A DNA stretch of 64,000 nt, taken from NCBI GenBank assembly GCA_013360215.1, contig JABWCP010000001.1:215144-279143 (forward strand). Reading direction: 5' to 3'. The translations under genes were made by a program, and so were the position numbers. This stretch comes from a bacterium (lineage in GTDB: Bacteria; CLD3; SB21). Shown piece after piece: positions 18,293 to 28,192 of this stretch (within the stretch, counting starts at the first letter, position 1; each line of letters starts with the position of its first letter). The notes below the pieces were generated by a model. It searched no databases. It was not told where the DNA came from and saw only the letters and a list, made by a program, of their open reading frames with translations.

Positions 18293-18823
18293 ATGAATAT
18301 CACTGCACACTTACATAAATTCGAATCCATCGCAAACGATTGGATGGCGGCTTTGGACACGTATGATGAACGAAATTTCAATCGTAAACCGGACCAAGAA
18401 AGTTGGTCCATTGGGCAGGTGTATTACCACCTCGTACACGGCACACAAAATTTTCATCTCCGCATGGTGCGGCAATGTATGGATAACCCGGCCCATGCTC
18501 ATGAGAAAAAAACCTTTCCGGGAAAAATTGTGTTTTTCATGGGCCGCTTTCCCCCGATACGCATCAAAGTACCCCCTTCCGACATGTACACACCCAAACA
18601 GCCGGAATCCATTGCCGCCATACGCCGCGATTTGAATACTTTGATCGGAACCATGCCAACGATTGCTAACGAACTATCACAGAAACAACATCAGGGCAAG
18701 GCACAACACCCCCGATTCGGATATTTGAGCGGCGACGAATGGTTTGCCATGATCCAAATGCATTTTCGACATCACTTGTATCAAAAAAATCGTCTTGATA
18801 GTTTCTTACAGAAAGGAGCATAA
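18293..18823 (+). CDS. DinB family protein
   Basis: Motifs WSIGQVYYHL, HPRFG and HFRHHLYQ. Confidence 0.88.
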   Translation: MNITAHLHKFESIANDWMAALDTYDERNFNRKPDQESWSIGQVYYHLVHGTQNFHLRMVRQCMDNPAHAHEKKTFPGKIVFFMGRFPPIRIKVPPSDMYTPKQPESIAAIRRDLNTLIGTMPTIANELSQKQHQGKAQHPRFGYLSGDEWFAMIQMHFRHHLYQKNRLDSFLQKGA

Positions 18824-18825
18824 CG

Positions 18826-19203
18826 ATGAATACCAAAATATTGGGATTGTGCTCTGTAATACATCACGTCACGGATCTGGAAACGGCCAAACGTTGGTAT
18901 GCCGATGCGTTTGGTGTAAAGCCCTATTTCGATCAACCTTTTTATGTCGGATTTCAATTCGGCGGATTCGAACTTGGTCTTGATCCGGATCCTAAACAAT
19001 ACAATTCACCTGGATTCGGCAGTATTACCTATTGGCGCACCGACAATGTGCAAGCTATGTTTGATCATCTTATCCGGTCAGGCGCTCAAGCCAACGAGCA
19101 TCCAAACTGTGTTGGCGGCGATCTTATCATCGCATCGGTGCGCGATCCGTTTGGTAATGTGATCGGATTGATGTACAATCCTGAATTCAAAATAACGGAA
19201 TGA
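18826..19203 (+). CDS. VOC/glyoxalase (bleomycin-resistance-like) protein
   Basis: Motifs KPYFDQPFYVGF, ELGLDP and DPFGNVIGL. Confidence 0.88.
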   Translation: MNTKILGLCSVIHHVTDLETAKRWYADAFGVKPYFDQPFYVGFQFGGFELGLDPDPKQYNSPGFGSITYWRTDNVQAMFDHLIRSGAQANEHPNCVGGDLIIASVRDPFGNVIGLMYNPEFKITE

Positions 19204-19206
19204 CCT

Positions 19207-20310
19207 ATGGCAGAACCATTAAAAAATATGTTTTCCAGATCGTTTGTCGAAACTTTAGGCGATCAGGTTCAAACCGTTTATTCGAGTTTTGACAAACGGG
19301 CATTTACGAATTTTATTTTTGATCACGCATGGTCTCAGCGCGAACTCAAAGATCGAATGCATCATATTTCCTCCGGTCTCAGATCTCATTTACCTGAGGA
19401 TTACCGAAAGGCGCTCGGTATTCTCATTCATGTGACGAAACGTTTTCGTATGAATAATACCAATGTATCGTTTACGGATATGGTGTTTCCGGATTTCGTA
19501 GAACACTTCGGACTTGACGATTTGGAGTCATCCATACCGGCATTGGAATTATTCACCCAAGTTTCAAGCGCTGAATTCGCCATCAGGCCTTTTATTCTTC
19601 GTTATCCGGACATCATGTTACAGCAAATGCTCGTTTGGAGTCGGCACAGTAGTCCGCATGTACGCCGATTGGCCAGCGAAGGTTGCCGTCCGCGACTGCC
19701 ATGGGCTATCGCATTACCTGTGTTTCAAAAAGACCCGGCTCCGATTCTGCCGATTTTAGAAAATCTTAAGGCTGATCCTTCAGAATATGTTCGCCGAAGC
19801 GTGGCGAATAACCTGAACGACATAACCAAGGATAATCCGGAAATCGTACTGCAGATCGCAGAACGCTGGCGAGGTTTGTCTACGGAAACAGACAAATTGG
19901 TCAAACACGCCTGTCGCACGCTTTTGAAACGCGGGAACAAAAAAGCGCTCTCAATTTTTGGAACGCATGATGCCTCCGGCGTTTCAGTGCTTTCATTTGT
20001 ATCCAAGAAGAAAAAAATATTTATCGGTGATACGTTGGATTTTGAAGCGGAAATTCGGATCCGGAAAGTCAAAACACTTCGCATCGAATACGCGATTGAT
20101 TTTGTCAAATCCGGAGGAAAAATCAGCCGCAAAGTCTTCAAATGGCGTGAAGGTCCTTATGATAACGGTTCTTTGAAGTTGAACAAAAGGCATCGTTTTC
20201 AAAATTTTACGACGCGCAAGCATTATCCAGGAAAACATGCAATTACTTTGATCATCAATGGTCATCCCATAGCAGACTTGCACATAACGCTTGGCGACCG
20301 CCATGACTAA
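19207..20310 (+). CDS. alkC: DNA alkylation repair glycosylase (AlkC-like HEAT repeat with C-terminal Ig-like domain)
   Basis: Motifs SSAEFAIRPF, RRLASEGCRPRLPW, YVRRSVANNLND and TTRKHYPG. Confidence 0.85.
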   Translation: MAEPLKNMFSRSFVETLGDQVQTVYSSFDKRAFTNFIFDHAWSQRELKDRMHHISSGLRSHLPEDYRKALGILIHVTKRFRMNNTNVSFTDMVFPDFVEHFGLDDLESSIPALELFTQVSSAEFAIRPFILRYPDIMLQQMLVWSRHSSPHVRRLASEGCRPRLPWAIALPVFQKDPAPILPILENLKADPSEYVRRSVANNLNDITKDNPEIVLQIAERWRGLSTETDKLVKHACRTLLKRGNKKALSIFGTHDASGVSVLSFVSKKKKIFIGDTLDFEAEIRIRKVKTLRIEYAIDFVKSGGKISRKVFKWREGPYDNGSLKLNKRHRFQNFTTRKHYPGKHAITLIINGHPIADLHITLGDRHD

Positions 20311-20842
20311 AAGTGAATTAATAAAAATGCTTACCGGTAACGATCGCCGAACCATCGCTAACGCGAATTTGCTAGTAAGTAAGCTGGCTCACGATAGAAC
20401 GGCGCTTAAAAATTTATACCATCTTTTATCGCACGAAGATGCGGATATTTGTTTCCGCGCTTCCGATGCGTTAGAAAAAATCCTACGAAACGAAACCACC
20501 GCTACACGTACTCTATCACCACACCTGGCTAAAGACTGGGTAACGCTGATTAGCAACGAGGCTTTACAGATGCATCTGCCTCTGATTTTGGGTTACGTCG
20601 CATGGAAAAAAAACGATGCCGCTCGAATCAGTACGAATTTGCTTGAACTCGCGCACACCACTAAAAATAAATTTGTTGCCGTTAATGCGATGACCGGCTT
20701 AGCCGATATCGCATTACGGCATACGTGGTTATTACCTACGGTTTGGGGATTATTGGATGAAATGGAAACGAAAGGCAGTGCGGCGCTTCGTGCAAGAGCA
20801 CGTATCCTAAAAAAGAAAATCAATCTTACAACTAAGCTATAA
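20303..20842 (+). CDS. HEAT-repeat-like hypothetical protein
   Basis: Coupled to the upstream gene; motifs GNDRRTI, RASDALEK and ALRARAR. Confidence 0.65.
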   Translation: MTKSELIKMLTGNDRRTIANANLLVSKLAHDRTALKNLYHLLSHEDADICFRASDALEKILRNETTATRTLSPHLAKDWVTLISNEALQMHLPLILGYVAWKKNDAARISTNLLELAHTTKNKFVAVNAMTGLADIALRHTWLLPTVWGLLDEMETKGSAALRARARILKKKINLTTKL

Positions 20843-21337
20843 ATTCTTTGGCCAAGTGGTATGTTTCATAAAAATATCAACGAATTCCTCCAGACCGGCC
20901 CGATCCGTTTCGTCAAAACGAGCCATCTGAGGGCTATCCAAATCCAGAACTCCGAATAACTGTTCTCCCGAAATCAGAGGGATCACAATTTCAGAATTCG
21001 AAGCACTGTCGCACGCGATATGCCCCGGGAAAGCATGCACATCCTTCACTACAACAGTTTTTCTCTGTTGAGCGGCCGTACCACATACCCCCTTGCCCAT
21101 AGCGATGTGAACACAAGCAGGTTTACCTTGAAAAGGGCCTACCACCAATTCACCGCCTTTATAAAAATAAAAACCGGCCCAATTAAGTGCTGGCAACGTA
21201 TAATATAATAAAGAAGAAGCGTTGGCTGCGTTGGCAATGAGATCGTTTTCACCTTCAAGCAAATGATGAATCTGGGTATGCAATGCAGCATACATTTCGG
21301 ACTTGGTGCTATATTCGGTGGAGTGCGTCTCAAACAT
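20837..21337 (-). CDS. msrC: Free methionine-R-sulfoxide reductase (GAF domain)
   Basis: Motifs NWAGFY, GPFQGKPAC, GKGVCG and HIACDSASNSEIV. Confidence 0.92.
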   Translation of the reverse strand: MFETHSTEYSTKSEMYAALHTQIHHLLEGENDLIANAANASSLLYYTLPALNWAGFYFYKGGELVVGPFQGKPACVHIAMGKGVCGTAAQQRKTVVVKDVHAFPGHIACDSASNSEIVIPLISGEQLFGVLDLDSPQMARFDETDRAGLEEFVDIFMKHTTWPKNL

Positions 21338-21570
21338 ATAATTTGACCCTATATCAAAAGTTCAGTTCAATATAATACTTTTATCTTTAAGCTAACGTAA
21401 AGTACATTTTTCATTTCAAAAAACAACTTGATTTTCTATTCAAAATCATTACAATTACGTCTAAGAAAGGCCGATATTAAATCTCATATCGTTGATCGTA
21501 TAACATCCCTCAAAAAAGATGCGCATCGCGATGTGACTTATTTTTTTAGTACAAATTAAAAAATATTTAC

Positions 21571-22194
21571 ATGAGCAAGAAACCTATTACCAACAAAGAC
21601 GTAACGCCGCGAATGTTTGAAAGTGATTTTTTGGAGTTTTTTTCCAAAGTACACTTTAGCGTTCCGTTGATCGTATTTATTCCTGTAATTTCTTATTTCA
21701 TCTATCAGAGTTTATGGATTGAAAAGTCAGATCTAAAACACTTTTTGTTTTGGATTTTAGCCGGACTCGCCGTTTGGACTCTGACGGAATATGTTTTGCA
21801 CCGTTTTGTTTTTCATTTCACGCCGCGTGGCGCTCTGATGGAACGCATACATTTCATTTTTCACGGTGTGCACCACGATTATCCCAATGATTCTAAACGC
21901 CTTGTCATGCCCCCGGCAGCGAGCATTCCGTTAGCTGCATTATTCTATTTTTTATTTTTAATTATATTTGGATCAAATATCGCTCCCATGTTTTCTGGTT
22001 TTTTGATCGGGTATTTGTGGTATGATATGACGCATTATGCCATACATCATTTCAACATGCACTCGGCGTTTTGGTTAGCTATAAAAAATCATCACATGAA
22101 GCATCATTTTCAGAATCCGGAAAAAGGGTTCGGAGTCAGTACGCCCATTTGGGATTACGTATGGCAAACTATGTTTCCTGTTAAAAATAAATAA
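21571..22194 (+). CDS. Fatty acid hydroxylase (FA2H-like)
   Basis: His boxes HRFVFH, HGVHH, HYAIHH and HHMKHH, plus RLVMPP. Confidence 0.9.
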   Translation: MSKKPITNKDVTPRMFESDFLEFFSKVHFSVPLIVFIPVISYFIYQSLWIEKSDLKHFLFWILAGLAVWTLTEYVLHRFVFHFTPRGALMERIHFIFHGVHHDYPNDSKRLVMPPAASIPLAALFYFLFLIIFGSNIAPMFSGFLIGYLWYDMTHYAIHHFNMHSAFWLAIKNHHMKHHFQNPEKGFGVSTPIWDYVWQTMFPVKNK

Positions 22195-22227
22195 AAATAT
22201 TTTAAGTAGTCTGAGTAATTTTGGGAA

Positions 22228-23247
22228 GTGGTCTATATGATTATTAGACGATGCGAATCCGGTAAGCCCCGTAAGTGTTTTGATCCAATTATTATTATAA
22301 TAATGGTTGGACTGTTTTCAAACAATGCCCCGTCATCCGCTCAAGACCGGTATGATCCTGAATTAAATCGTAAGCCATATATACCAAACGTCACAAAAAA
22401 CGCTGACGCAAGCAGTAAAGACACTATTAATTCTGAACACAGACCACAGCAAAAAATTAAATCCAACCTTATCGATTACAAGCAAAAGAAAATTCATTTT
22501 TTCTTAACTTATGGACGTTCGCTAATGCGCGATTATGAACAAACTATCAAGTATATACGCGCATCCGGATATCCATACGTATTAGCCGAAATATCTGACC
22601 CTGATGAAAAGAAAGTTAAACCTCAAATTTTCCAAATCGGGGTACAATACAACATTAACGACCGTTTTATAGTTGAATTTTCCAACACGCGAATTCTAGC
22701 TCAGAAAATTTCAGGAAGCAATTGGGTTGCCGGTATAAATGAATCCGTACCGGGAATAGGTGATTTACTTTTTGATATTGTTCAAGCTTCCAAAACATCA
22801 ATTCTACAACCGGGCGTTAGATATATTTTGATGCCATTAAATATAGAAAGTCGACTTGAAATTACTACCGGCTTGGGGTTGTCTTATGCAAGCTACCATT
22901 TGACATCAACAAATTATTATAAACAGAATTACGGTACTTATCGCGTACCGGTAATAATTAATGCAAAAAAAGAATCCAGTAAATTTGATCGAAACGCTTT
23001 CGGAATGTATTGCGATTTAGGTATGGAGTTTTATTGGTCAAAATTGATAAGTACGCAATTTAAAATTGAACAGCGTTATGCTCAAACAATAAATATACCA
23101 GAACAACAATTCAGCTACATTGTTAGAAAAAAGGACAACCTTTCAGGATCATATATTGAAGAAACTCAAACACGGTTTTTTAAAAAACAAAAAATTGATC
23201 ACTCCGGCTTTATATTAAGTTCAACACTTCGTATACATTTGTTCTGA
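22228..23247 (+). CDS. Hypothetical exported/outer-membrane beta-barrel-like protein
   Basis: Long AT-rich ORF with alternating beta pattern and C-terminal Phe; start uncertain. Confidence 0.55.
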   Translation: MVYMIIRRCESGKPRKCFDPIIIIIMVGLFSNNAPSSAQDRYDPELNRKPYIPNVTKNADASSKDTINSEHRPQQKIKSNLIDYKQKKIHFFLTYGRSLMRDYEQTIKYIRASGYPYVLAEISDPDEKKVKPQIFQIGVQYNINDRFIVEFSNTRILAQKISGSNWVAGINESVPGIGDLLFDIVQASKTSILQPGVRYILMPLNIESRLEITTGLGLSYASYHLTSTNYYKQNYGTYRVPVIINAKKESSKFDRNAFGMYCDLGMEFYWSKLISTQFKIEQRYAQTINIPEQQFSYIVRKKDNLSGSYIEETQTRFFKKQKIDHSGFILSSTLRIHLF

Positions 23248-23431
23248 TTAGAAAGATATACGATACCTACATTATGCAAACATAATCTATTTGATTTTTA
23301 GCTCTATCTTTAATATTATTTTCAACTTAAGCGACTGTATTTTCAATTACGATCTGCAATTGCTATGCATGCTGATAGTAATCACCATCGGACGTATTGT
23401 TTTACTTTTTAAATGTTAGAATTCATCCCCA

Positions 23432-24655
23432 ATGATGCGTGGTTTTGAAAAGGCAGCGGATATTTTGGAATTGGATACCGGTGTTCGCCAATACCTCCTT
23501 ACGCCTGAAAAACAAGTTACTGTATCCATTCCAGTAGTACTTGAAGACGGTTCAATCAAAGTTTTTAAAGGCTTCCGGGTCATACATAGCACCGTTCGAG
23601 GCCCCTCCAAAGGTGGAATTCGAGTTTCTCCGAAAGCCACGCTTGAAGAAACAACCGCTTTGGCCGCATGGATGACGTGGAAGTGCGCCGTAGTAAATAT
23701 TCCGTTCGGTGGAGCAAAGGGCGCCATTGAGTGCGATCCTTCTCGACTTACGGAATCGACCTACGAAAAAATTATTCGCCGTTATACGGCCAATTTGTTT
23801 GAAATTTTCGGCCCCGATAAAGATATACCGGCACCGGACAACAATACCGGTGAACGCGAAATGGGATGGATCATGGATACATACAGCATGCATGTCCGGC
23901 GAACCGAGACCGCCGTGGTGACGGGAAAACCGCTCATTATGGGCGGTTCTCACGGAAGACGCGACGCCACCGGCCGTGGTATTATGCTGATTGCCCTTGC
24001 CGCGATGAAACAGCGTAACATACCGACTAAAGAAGCGCGCATCGTTATCCAAGGATTTGGTTCCGTTGGTGCAACCGCCGCTCAACTTTTGTATGAAAAC
24101 GGATGCAAAATCATCGGGATCGGTGATGCGAGTGGGTCTTATTTTTCTGAAAAAGGCATCAATATTTCTGATGCAATCCGATTTGCTCAACAAAACCGTC
24201 GTTCTTTATCCGGATACCCCAACGCACAGAAAATAACGAATGAAGAATTATTGATGCTAGATTGCGATGTGTTAATACCTGCAGCTATGGAAAACCAAAT
24301 TCATTCGGAGAACGCATCCAAAGTGCAGGCTAAAATAATATGCGAAGGGGCCAATGGCCCGATCACGCCGGAGGCTGATACTTTGCTGCATGAACGCGGC
24401 ATCTTGGTTGTACCGGACATTTTAGCCAATGCCGGCGGTGTTACAGTCTCCTATTTTGAATGGGTACAAAATAGAATAGGTTTTTTTTGGCCGTTGCATG
24501 AAGTGCATGATCGCCTTGAACGTATTATGATCGAAAGTTTCGAATCGGTTCACGCCGCCGCACTTCGCCACGCCCAGTCCATGCGCGTCGGCGCTTACAT
24601 ACTGGCGCTTGACCGCGTCACTCAGGTTTTAAGACTTCGTGGAATTTATGCTTAA
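23432..24655 (+). CDS. gdhA: Glu/Leu/Phe/Val dehydrogenase
   Basis: Motifs GPSKGGIR, PFGGAKG, DIPAPD, EGANGP and NAGGVTVSYFEW. Confidence 0.9.
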   Translation: MMRGFEKAADILELDTGVRQYLLTPEKQVTVSIPVVLEDGSIKVFKGFRVIHSTVRGPSKGGIRVSPKATLEETTALAAWMTWKCAVVNIPFGGAKGAIECDPSRLTESTYEKIIRRYTANLFEIFGPDKDIPAPDNNTGEREMGWIMDTYSMHVRRTETAVVTGKPLIMGGSHGRRDATGRGIMLIALAAMKQRNIPTKEARIVIQGFGSVGATAAQLLYENGCKIIGIGDASGSYFSEKGINISDAIRFAQQNRRSLSGYPNAQKITNEELLMLDCDVLIPAAMENQIHSENASKVQAKIICEGANGPITPEADTLLHERGILVVPDILANAGGVTVSYFEWVQNRIGFFWPLHEVHDRLERIMIESFESVHAAALRHAQSMRVGAYILALDRVTQVLRLRGIYA

Positions 24656-24688
24656 TTTATGAAATAAAGAGAGTAAGGACTTTTTCTG

Positions 24689-25411
24689 ATGCCTAAAAAA
24701 ATTCTGATCGTTGACGATAACAAAACCGTGCGCACCTTATTAAGCATTAATTTGCGCAAAGAAAATTTTGAAGTCATCGAAGCCGAAAATGGCGCCGAAG
24801 GTTTACAGATGGTCAATGACCATTTACCCGACCTCGTGATATCAGACATTATCATGCCACAAATGGACGGTTTTGAATTTTGCCGTAAAGTACGAGAAAC
24901 TTCAAAATCACCCATGGTGCCCTTTATGTTCCTGACGTCTATTGATCAGGTTGCAACGGAATTACGCGGCCTTCGAACCGGAGCAGACGACTACCTCATC
25001 AAATCGAATATTAAAAAAGAAGAGTTGGTCGGAAAAGTATCCGCCATGCTCCAAAAATCAAACGAATACAAACAAGCCGAAAATCAGATGCAAGAAGGCT
25101 TGTATGGTAAATTTAGCGACTTAAGTCTTGTGGATGTATTCCAACTTTTGATTATGAATAAAAAAACCGGCTTGCTGACGATCACCCGTGACAGCGACAA
25201 AGCCGAAATCACATTCGAAGACGGACGCATGTTGCATGCCGAATACAAACAGTTTGTCGGTGAAGAAGCCGTGTATAATCTCGGCGAATGGAAAACTGGG
25301 GTCTTTAAATTTGAATCCGTTGAACCGAAGGTGACGCCGACCATCCATTCGGCCACCATGAATATTTTGATGGAATATTGCCGCATCACCGATGAAAACA
25401 AACTGAACTGA
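24689..25411 (+). CDS. Response regulator REC + DUF4388
   Basis: ILIVDD...SDIIMP receiver; GKFSDLSLVDVFQLL...KTG...GEEA...W..G.F. Confidence 0.88.
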   Translation: MPKKILIVDDNKTVRTLLSINLRKENFEVIEAENGAEGLQMVNDHLPDLVISDIIMPQMDGFEFCRKVRETSKSPMVPFMFLTSIDQVATELRGLRTGADDYLIKSNIKKEELVGKVSAMLQKSNEYKQAENQMQEGLYGKFSDLSLVDVFQLLIMNKKTGLLTITRDSDKAEITFEDGRMLHAEYKQFVGEEAVYNLGEWKTGVFKFESVEPKVTPTIHSATMNILMEYCRITDENKLN

Positions 25412-25431
25412 AGCTGAGGAGAAAAACGGCT

Positions 25432-26166
25432 ATGGCAGAAACAAAAAAAACTCGCTCCAAACTGCTCCTCGTAGATGCCGATGAACAGGCGCGCCTGCTT
25501 ATTAAAGAAAATCTTATCAAAGAAGATTATATCGTTTTTGATACCGGCAATGGAAACGTGGCCTTGGAAATCGTCAACCGCGAAAAACCGGATCTGGTAA
25601 TCAGCGATATTTTTCTTGGTGAGATGAATGGTTTTGAATTGTGCCAACGGATTCGCGATACATCCAACGTACCAACCGTACCATTCGTATTTTTTACGGC
25701 CATTGACGACATGCTGACCGAAATCCGCGGCTTCCGCTGCGGTGCCAATGATTATCTCGTCAAACGCCACACCAAACGACAAGATCTTTTGCTTCGGATC
25801 GAAAGCATGGTCAGTCAGGTTAATGCTTTTGAAAAAGAAAAAGCGACGTTGCGTGACGGATTCCTCGGTAAGCTCGGCGACGTCAGCGTGATTGACGTTC
25901 TCCAGCTTTTAGCGAATACCGCTAAAACAGGCAACCTGCTGATTTCAGACGGTACGATCGAAGGCAACGTGTATTTTATGAAGGGTCAAATTTTTAATGC
26001 TACGCTCGGTCACGTTCAAGGCGAAGACGCTATTTATGACATGATATACTGGGAAGACGGATTTTTTCGGTTTACACAGGAAGAAATCCCGCGCCAAAGT
26101 GTCATCGCATCGCCGACCAATAAAATCATCAGTAAATGCAGACGTTTGCTTGGGAAAGAAGAATAG
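25432..26166 (+). CDS. Response regulator REC + DUF4388
   Basis: Paralog of the preceding gene; GKLGDVSVIDVLQLL...KTG. Confidence 0.88.
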   Translation: MAETKKTRSKLLLVDADEQARLLIKENLIKEDYIVFDTGNGNVALEIVNREKPDLVISDIFLGEMNGFELCQRIRDTSNVPTVPFVFFTAIDDMLTEIRGFRCGANDYLVKRHTKRQDLLLRIESMVSQVNAFEKEKATLRDGFLGKLGDVSVIDVLQLLANTAKTGNLLISDGTIEGNVYFMKGQIFNATLGHVQGEDAIYDMIYWEDGFFRFTQEEIPRQSVIASPTNKIISKCRRLLGKEE

Positions 26167-26203
26167 TTTTCAAATATATTTTACTTATACACCATAGACT
26201 GCC

Positions 26204-27265
26204 ATGAAAGATCACATCCTCGTGGTTGACGACGAACTGGACGCCGTTGACCCACTTATTCGCGTACTCCAGCATGACGGTTATGAAGTTGATTACGCAG
26301 CCAATGCGAAAGAAGCATTGGGCTATGTAAAAACAACATCGTATCAGCTCATCCTGATGGATGTCATGATGCCCGGCATGAGCGGTTACCAACTTTTGAA
26401 AAAGCTTCAAGAAGACGAGGAAACAGCATATATACCGGTCATTTTCGTTACCGGCCATTTTAATGCGGAGGAAATCGTCAAAGGGCTGGAAGCCGGTGCG
26501 GTTGATGCCATAAGCAAACCTTTTCACATCGCAGAGGTTGTCACACGCGGAAAAGTGCGCATCGCCGAGTCCAAACTTAAACGTCGTTATACACCCATTC
26601 ACCATTTCTTTGCCGAAGCACAGGAAAAAGAACAAAGCCGTCGCACGGGCTGTTTCGAATTTTTTGATAAATCTAAAAATAAAGTCGGCGACGTTTTTGT
26701 CAGCGAAGGCAAGATTGTTTACGCGACAAGCAAAAACGCCATCAAAGAAGACGCTTTTCTTCAACTCGCATCGATGAAAGATATCACTTATATTTTTCAG
26801 GAAGGTGTACGCTCTCAAAATACCAGTTTTTCGGCCAGTGTAACGAGCCTCATCTTAGAAGCCTCCAAGATCGTTGATGAATTGGAAGCCAAAGAAATAC
26901 GCGATGAAGATCAAAAACGTGTTCTCGTGATTGATCGAGACCGTATTCCCCGAATTCTTGCGAGCCGCGCCCTTAAATCGGCCGGTTATGCTCCGACCGT
27001 AACGAGTCCCGATGAAGTAACACAAGACATTATTTCCAAATACGATCCGCATGTGGTGATCGTAGATCCGCAAGATTGTGAATTAGTCCTTAACAAAGTG
27101 GCTCTCACCCGGCCATCCCGCCAACCCATTCCGCTCATCGTGTACGGTGATCAGGATCAGTTAGAAAAACACGACGCGCTTCGCAAATACCATATCAAAG
27201 CGTTTGTTGACAAGGCACAAACTAATGAATCGCTTGCCCATGCCGTTTTTCAGGCGCTGAAATAA
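26204..27265 (+). CDS. Response regulator REC + DUF4388-like + degenerate REC
   Basis: ILVVDD...MDVMMP receiver, RTG...GDVFVSEGKIVYA, and C-terminal VLVID. Confidence 0.8.
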   Translation: MKDHILVVDDELDAVDPLIRVLQHDGYEVDYAANAKEALGYVKTTSYQLILMDVMMPGMSGYQLLKKLQEDEETAYIPVIFVTGHFNAEEIVKGLEAGAVDAISKPFHIAEVVTRGKVRIAESKLKRRYTPIHHFFAEAQEKEQSRRTGCFEFFDKSKNKVGDVFVSEGKIVYATSKNAIKEDAFLQLASMKDITYIFQEGVRSQNTSFSASVTSLILEASKIVDELEAKEIRDEDQKRVLVIDRDRIPRILASRALKSAGYAPTVTSPDEVTQDIISKYDPHVVIVDPQDCELVLNKVALTRPSRQPIPLIVYGDQDQLEKHDALRKYHIKAFVDKAQTNESLAHAVFQALK

Positions 27266-27289
27266 TATCGGGCGGTTCCGCCGTGAATC

Positions 27290-28192
27290 ATGCAACCCAA
27301 GAAAAAAAAATCACGCTCCAGCACACGTACTAAGAAAAAAAAAGACTTCTGGTGGGAAGTTGATCTCGGTCATATCGTTAATCTCGAAGCTACACAAGCT
27401 TTATTGTTCGAATTAGGCTCCACCGGCTCCATCGAAACGGCAACGGGGCTCACGGCTTATTTTCAACCGGCTGATTATTCCTCAGAAAAAACACTTCATG
27501 CTAAACTCGCACCGCGACTTGGACCGGGCACGACAATTCACATTCGCCCAATGGCCGCTCAAGATTGGGAAAGCGAATGGAAGAAAAATTTCAAACCGCG
27601 ACGTGTTGGAAAACACTTTATCGTGCGCCCCTCATGGGAAAAATACAAACGTAAACCCAAAGATATCATCTTGGTTATTGACCCTAAAATGTCATTTGGT
27701 ACGGGAACGCATGAAACAACACAGTTAGTTTTAGGTTTTATCGAATCGTTTCCCGTTAAAAACAAAATACTGTTAGATGTCGGCAGCGGGACGGGAATAC
27801 TGGCGATCGCCGCCGCTAAGTCCAGTGCACGCGCTGTTTATGGTTTTGATGTGGATACGAATGCCTTTGAAAATGCCGAAGAAAACATTCGTCGTAATCG
27901 CGTTTCAGCCCGTGTAAAAACGGCACTAACCACTATCGAAACCCTGCCGCCTAAATGGCCCGAACGTTACGATATAATACTAGCCAATATCCAACGCGCG
28001 GTATTCGAGATGCCCGGGTTTATGGAAAATTTGAACCAAAAAATGAAACCTGCCGGAATGATGATTCTTTCTGGAATCCTTGCCATCGAAGATGAACGCA
28101 TGCGCATGTTGTTTTCTGAACATAATCTGCATGTCAGTGAATTTCGAGCCGATGGCGAATGGGTCGCTTACGTACTGCAAAGGACATCGTGA
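27290..28192 (+). CDS. prmA: Ribosomal protein L11 methyltransferase
   Basis: Motifs DPKMSFGTGTHETT and LDVGSGTGILAI. Confidence 0.93.
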   Translation: MQPKKKKSRSSTRTKKKKDFWWEVDLGHIVNLEATQALLFELGSTGSIETATGLTAYFQPADYSSEKTLHAKLAPRLGPGTTIHIRPMAAQDWESEWKKNFKPRRVGKHFIVRPSWEKYKRKPKDIILVIDPKMSFGTGTHETTQLVLGFIESFPVKNKILLDVGSGTGILAIAAAKSSARAVYGFDVDTNAFENAEENIRRNRVSARVKTALTTIETLPPKWPERYDIILANIQRAVFEMPGFMENLNQKMKPAGMMILSGILAIEDERMRMLFSEHNLHVSEFRADGEWVAYVLQRTS

